DNA of 39,456 nucleotides, from positions 1 through 39,456 of the forward strand of contig JBHOSQ010000010.1 in assembly GCA_042584585.1 (NCBI GenBank), in the 5' to 3' direction. This document shows positions 36,401-39,456 of this stretch, piece after piece. Under the pieces are notes generated by a model, which saw nothing but the letters and a program-made list of their open reading frames with translations, did no database searches and had not been told where the DNA came from. A program made the position numbers and the translations under genes. Positions within the stretch are counted from its first letter, which is position 1. Each line of letters begins with the position of its first letter. This DNA comes from an archaeon. GTDB taxonomy: Archaea; B1Sed10-29; WALL01.

Positions 36401-37163
36401 ATTTGATGAAGCCGTAAGCGGCGTGTGCATAGACGAGCACCGGCCCTCCGACCAGTGAAGTTATCCGGTAGTCCTCAACCCCCGGCATTTCCGTGGCGTC
36501 ACACTGCACTATTGCATCCCCGTTTGTTTCTATGAACGCGTACCCCTGCAGCCCTTGCTGGAACTTGCCGTACCTACCTCCAGGCTTTTCGTATTCGGTG
36601 GTGAAGCCGCTGTACGCATCGAATGGCTCCCCGCCGTATTCCGACAAGTCACCACCCCTTTGGCCGAGCTCGTTGAGAGCCGACTCTGTCTCCTTAAGTG
36701 CGAGGGCGCCTGCCTGCCCGGCCTTGGCGTTGCTGTCTGCCAATTCAGTTGTTATTTTCTGGACAAGTGTGTAGCACTCTGGGCTAAACGGGCAGCTTAT
36801 CTGCGCCTTGGCGTAGTTTGCTTTTGCGCTGTTGATGTCTGCCCAGGCTTCCACAGTGTAGTCCTCGACTGTCCCAGTCTTTGTTTCGATGCCTATGAAA
36901 TAGCTCGATTTTGTGTGGCTTGGCACGATTGCCGAGTCGTACATCAGCGTGGTGTGGAACTGGCCGATGTTTATGGCGCCGTCTATCGTCTCGGCCCCAG
37001 CGGCGAGCATTGAAAACGCGCCCATGAATACGCCACCGCTTTTGCTTAGCAGCCGGGCAACTCCGACTGCTTGTTCAAGTGTTCCGCCGGTTCCTGCCTC
37101 GGCACAAAAAACCCCGGGCAGGAGCACAGCTAGTAGTACTACTGTGTAGAGTATTCTCCTCAT
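33486..37163 (-). CDS. Large secreted coiled-coil protein with C-terminal membrane anchor
   Basis: 1225 aa; signal peptide MRRILYTVVLLAVLLPGVFC; helical A/E/L/K-rich regions flanking a beta-rich middle; PATGLVT + TM + RKKKK near the C-terminus. Confidence 0.85.
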   Translation of the reverse strand: MRRILYTVVLLAVLLPGVFCAEAGTGGTLEQAVGVARLLSKSGGVFMGAFSMLAAGAETIDGAINIGQFHTTLMYDSAIVPSHTKSSYFIGIETKTGTVEDYTVEAWADINSAKANYAKAQISCPFSPECYTLVQKITTELADSNAKAGQAGALALKETESALNELGQRGGDLSEYGGEPFDAYSGFTTEYEKPGGRYGKFQQGLQGYAFIETNGDAIVQCDATEMPGVEDYRITSLVGGPVLVYAHAAYGFIKCLDIKPSALATQYHHSYNLLVGASDWGSGIREMLGANKRLRDAILLMDNEHTQVKKELGENTGLLRQGIGTLEKEGAGKIDYSAVEAVVGKMAQTPAELLASAKESQVAIGLLGREADRLLSLKQDNWLALSTIRTRQASEEASHAASLAEHGGELLDEMLDGLSAACEQEAEKARGQALENGLFSAAKVEEAAAKCKGADKASDAVGLYLDGIRELKFISATGSGKAELALLEIQRLETMISKAGSDFSVEEETLALEKAREYAKTKGVLGSESGMLDRAYDIAIAAQESIWSKAGLLFGGLGGERLDAKQLMKKMREVEAAGYRGLDERMVRMDGIYRGAIDLESLGHLREAKELYGDVREAALEALDPEELVSVIVDKEYADVARCNQVVPVHYSVSVKNPYGFAIEDGFDVEGIYVEPLGPYEERAYTGSADETPLWCGATEEKVLWVYPDRETRVASRQIEAVGLEKAVVVFQVEGALAVEAPGALVPEGIEIEAEWPGNETVEFAFEAESSMKVVGPACESYGSQVNCRYVLTLGCGQSQKVNIVLPRPLGISDSVSASSGRAQNAGSIGIIISGADCPGYSTVDIGYIDLREDSEEVMRKIEDWLEELGDSSEKDSLEKRHESLKGKSPSEIISRGGELLGDIEAELARQKKEQIAEHEKLGLELKKPGLENWLLGRGFSLPWLPSDTATAISELEKAKAAALKDLGKRYAEASERVAELKNTARLLEKFGLKSPAIASVEKQFPTPHNEYQEFAMGEAGLLQLMQNAEDEAERLASEVKFVEVQPISGLEQATDTQVEIEDPSFVIGERYAKEVLGTIGELAEASEKGTKKVGGLTGLKALDKDGLYPAELEKEYADLEKSVVETIGKATGATSARVELALEEGEGHYSELAKQSLENGYVNRAYAYATHALESEGKSPATGLVTSESALLFLAPLGLIAVVWQLRKKKKLETPVQRAIRLTR

Positions 37164-37259
37164 AACTCTCTCCCCATAAAAGTTATGCCGCTTGCCCCAT
37201 AAAAGCGTTGCGGGCAGCTATTTATACTCCGCCACCGTATTCTCCAGTGGGTGTTCTGA

Positions 37260-37565
37260 ATGGGCAATCTAAAGACTATTAAGCGCTTTGACGTGTTTTC
37301 GGTGGCGAAGATGTGCGCCATAATCTACGGGTTAATTGGCATTGCCGTTGGCATTATAATGTTCTTGGTCACGGTGCTGTTCGTCGGGCTCGTCGGGGCG
37401 TTCGTTGGAGGCGGAATCGAGTATGGCATCATCGCAGGGATTATTGGCTTGGTGTTTTACCCCATTGCCCTTGCGATTAGCGGAGCCATCGTTGGCGCAG
37501 CAGTCGCATTCGCCTACAACATATTGGCCACCTTCATCGGCGGAATAAAACTCGAGCTAGACTAA
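37260..37565 (+). CDS. Small membrane protein (DUF3566-like)
   Basis: IKRFDVFSVAK...YG, Gly-rich TM helices, and YNILA...GGIKLEL. Confidence 0.75.
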   Translation: MGNLKTIKRFDVFSVAKMCAIIYGLIGIAVGIIMFLVTVLFVGLVGAFVGGGIEYGIIAGIIGLVFYPIALAISGAIVGAAVAFAYNILATFIGGIKLELD

Positions 37566-38300
37566 CGGAATCACGTCGAGCAAGTCACTCGCCACGAACC
37601 CGTAGCCCATTTCGCCAAGCAAAACGTCTCCAGCCGCGCCGTTAATCTTTGCTGCTTCAACAGCCGCCTTGAACAATGGAGCACCCTGCGCAACCAATCC
37701 CGCGCACAGCCCCGCGAGCACGTCTCCCGTGCCGCCCACGGTCATGCCGCTGTTCCCGGTCTTGTTTTCCGCAACCCTCTTGCCGTCAGTGATTACGTCA
37801 ACTTTTCCCTTCAGCAGCACCACGAATCCTTTCGCTGCTTTTTTCGCGTTCGCCTTCCCAGCTTTTTTCCCAAACAGTGCCTCGAATTCCTTGGCGTGCG
37901 GAGTGACTATGCAGTTCTTCAGCACCGGCCGTGCATGCAGCGCGTCCGCGTCCAGCACTTTTTTGCCTTTGATGGCGTTGCACAGCATTCTTACTGCATC
38001 GAGCGTCTCTTTTTTCCTGCCTAGACCGGGCCCAACCAAAACGCAGTCAAACTCTTCAGCCATTTTCACTAGCACGGGCACGTGTGTCGTCGACAGCGCA
38101 GTGCCAGGCAGCTTCTTCGTTATCAAGTCCGGCGACATGGAGTTAATCGCGTACGCCGTTTTTTCGGGCGCGGCGACTACCGCAATGTCGCACCCGCTGC
38201 GCAGCGCGGCCATCGCGGCTAGTGCCGGAGCGCCGGCGTAGTCTTCACTCCCCCCTATTACAAGCACTTTTCCGTTTTCTCCCTTGTGCTGCCCTCGCAT
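37557..38300 (-). CDS. nnrD: ADP-dependent NAD(P)H-hydrate dehydratase (stand-alone)
   Basis: HKGENGKVLVIGGS, YAGAPALA, GPGLG, VLDADAL, VTPH-x-x-EF and GGTGDVLAG. Confidence 0.94.
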   Translation of the reverse strand: MRGQHKGENGKVLVIGGSEDYAGAPALAAMAALRSGCDIAVVAAPEKTAYAINSMSPDLITKKLPGTALSTTHVPVLVKMAEEFDCVLVGPGLGRKKETLDAVRMLCNAIKGKKVLDADALHARPVLKNCIVTPHAKEFEALFGKKAGKANAKKAAKGFVVLLKGKVDVITDGKRVAENKTGNSGMTVGGTGDVLAGLCAGLVAQGAPLFKAAVEAAKINGAAGDVLLGEMGYGFVASDLLDVIPLV

Positions 38301-38345
38301 GGCTAAGCCTACTCACCCATAAAATAAAAAAAGAGGGGTAGGGGT

Positions 38346-38972
38346 TTAAACCCCTAGTACGGTAGCTCCAACCGCTGTGCCAAATCCGAGTAGTGCAAGG
38401 ATTGGCGCAAGCACAATGCCAACTATCATCATCCCGCCGATAATCACTACTGCCGCGACAATAATGCTCCCAACCGCTTGCCATGGCCCTATGTTGTGCA
38501 CGGATTCTATGGTTTTAGCGCTCATGTTAAGTGCCCACAGGGCGGCAACAAAGCCAAGCAACCCGCCGACCAGTGGGATTAGCCCCAAAACTCCGGTCAG
38601 TATCCTACCAGCGCCTTCTGGATAGGAAATGGCGCCCATAAAGTGGCCGTAGTCACCAGTCCCACCCAACATTTTTCCAAATACGAATGCGAGGGAGTCA
38701 CCAATCAGCCAAAAGATTATCCCAAAGAAAAACAGGATGATTGTCCCGACAACCTGGGGGAGTAACATTGCGGCGCTAACCGGGCTAAATGTGGATAGGA
38801 CTACTGTGAATACTAGCAGTCCGATTATCACAAGAACGGTGTTTATGAACATTGTGGCGAGGGTGTTTACAATACCTGCCACAAGAGACGTTTGGCCTTT
38901 GTATTTTTCTGCGTTTGATTTTGCTCCAGTTTCACTTTTGAAAGCTGAAATCATATCTCCAAATTCAAGCAT
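38346..38972 (-). CDS. Yip1-domain membrane protein
   Basis: About 5 TM helices, GKMLGGTGDY...AISY, LIPLVG and SVHNI; SD AGGTGA. Confidence 0.8.
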   Translation of the reverse strand: MLEFGDMISAFKSETGAKSNAEKYKGQTSLVAGIVNTLATMFINTVLVIIGLLVFTVVLSTFSPVSAAMLLPQVVGTIILFFFGIIFWLIGDSLAFVFGKMLGGTGDYGHFMGAISYPEGAGRILTGVLGLIPLVGGLLGFVAALWALNMSAKTIESVHNIGPWQAVGSIIVAAVVIIGGMMIVGIVLAPILALLGFGTAVGATVLGV

Positions 38973-39125
38973 AATGGGTCACCTAATTATCATAACAGTT
39001 AGTTATTTAATAAGGTTTTGGGTGGGCTCCGGCCCTTTTGGATTTACCTCCGTGACGTGTTAAGGTGTGTAGGGTGGCTCTAGGCGGGCATCGGTACAAG
39101 TAATATGGAAGAGAGATGGGGGCTT

Positions 39126-39456
39126 TTATTCCCCGTACTTGGTTTGGAATAAATGGGTGGCGTACCTGTTTTGCTGGCCCCAGATGTTCATGTCAGCCAA
39201 ATCTGACTGTGTCGCTAGCCAGTCGTCAAACGACAGTGCCCCGCTTGTGTCAGCCAGCATTTCGTCTAGGCAAAGTCGCACTTTCTCGTCGTCATGCGGA
39301 ACCGCGGGCCCGCACCCAAGCGCCGCAGCCCACTCGAACTTGTCCGCATAAGCCGCTCCACTCGTTGGAGTTGGTCCGGGTGTTGAAGTGGGGAGTTCTG
39401 TTGGCCCGGCAGAACCTGTGTCCACTGGACCGGGTTCGTCAAACCCCTCTGTCTCG
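39126..39456 (-). CDS. Hypothetical protein, C-terminal part (5' end outside the window)
   Basis: The frame stays open to the window edge. A Pro/Thr-rich linker (PTELPTSTPGPTPTSG) precedes a small domain with two Cys. Confidence 0.65.
   Translation of the reverse strand, partial: ETEGFDEPGPVDTGSAGPTELPTSTPGPTPTSGAAYADKFEWAAALGCGPAVPHDDEKVRLCLDEMLADTSGALSFDDWLATQSDLADMNIWGQQNRYATHLFQTKYGE

Noticed and set aside
7466-38972. Eukaryote-like trafficking set (arrestin fold, Yip1, TPR/SNAP-like helices)
   Set aside because: The genes are scattered, each family has ordinary prokaryotic members, and the TPR-like protein is predicted to be extracellular.
1-39456. CRISPR arrays, tRNA/rRNA genes, mobile elements, defence systems, inteins
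   Set aside because: I saw no regularly spaced repeats, cloverleafs, integrase/transposase motifs or in-frame insertions by eye. A covariance-model scan would be needed to exclude small RNAs.

Overview
This is a densely packed archaeal chromosomal region made mostly of housekeeping genes. The gene set (PolD DP1/DP2, Cdc6/Orc1, histone, aCPSF1, proteasome beta subunit, SecDF, NucS, Hel308, NAC, SepF) is clearly archaeal. The short proteins, tiny intergenic gaps and a 'TG-hydrophobic' C-terminal anchor motif suggest a DPANN-type lineage, but that is inference and not a phylogenetic result. I saw no rRNA, tRNA, CRISPR array, integrase or transposase, and no clear-cut novel multi-gene system. The best leads are: (i) an unannotated 35-aa Lys-rich ORF (21343-21450) with an SD sequence and the same 4-bp CTAG stop overlap seen at three other convergent gene pairs; (ii) an uncharacterised duplicated-domain, tail-anchored protein directly after sepF and divergent from cdc6; (iii) a 12-bp motif shared by the cdc6 and DP1 leaders, plus a hairpin/uORF covering the DP1 start; (iv) a tandem Mth938 pair in which only one copy keeps the H...HSTC residues; (v) a 1225-aa secreted, membrane-anchored coiled-coil protein with a disordered partner, and a six-domain Ig/FnIII lipoprotein; (vi) an HTH regulator divergent from glmS. 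All family calls come from recognising motifs by eye, not from database searches.
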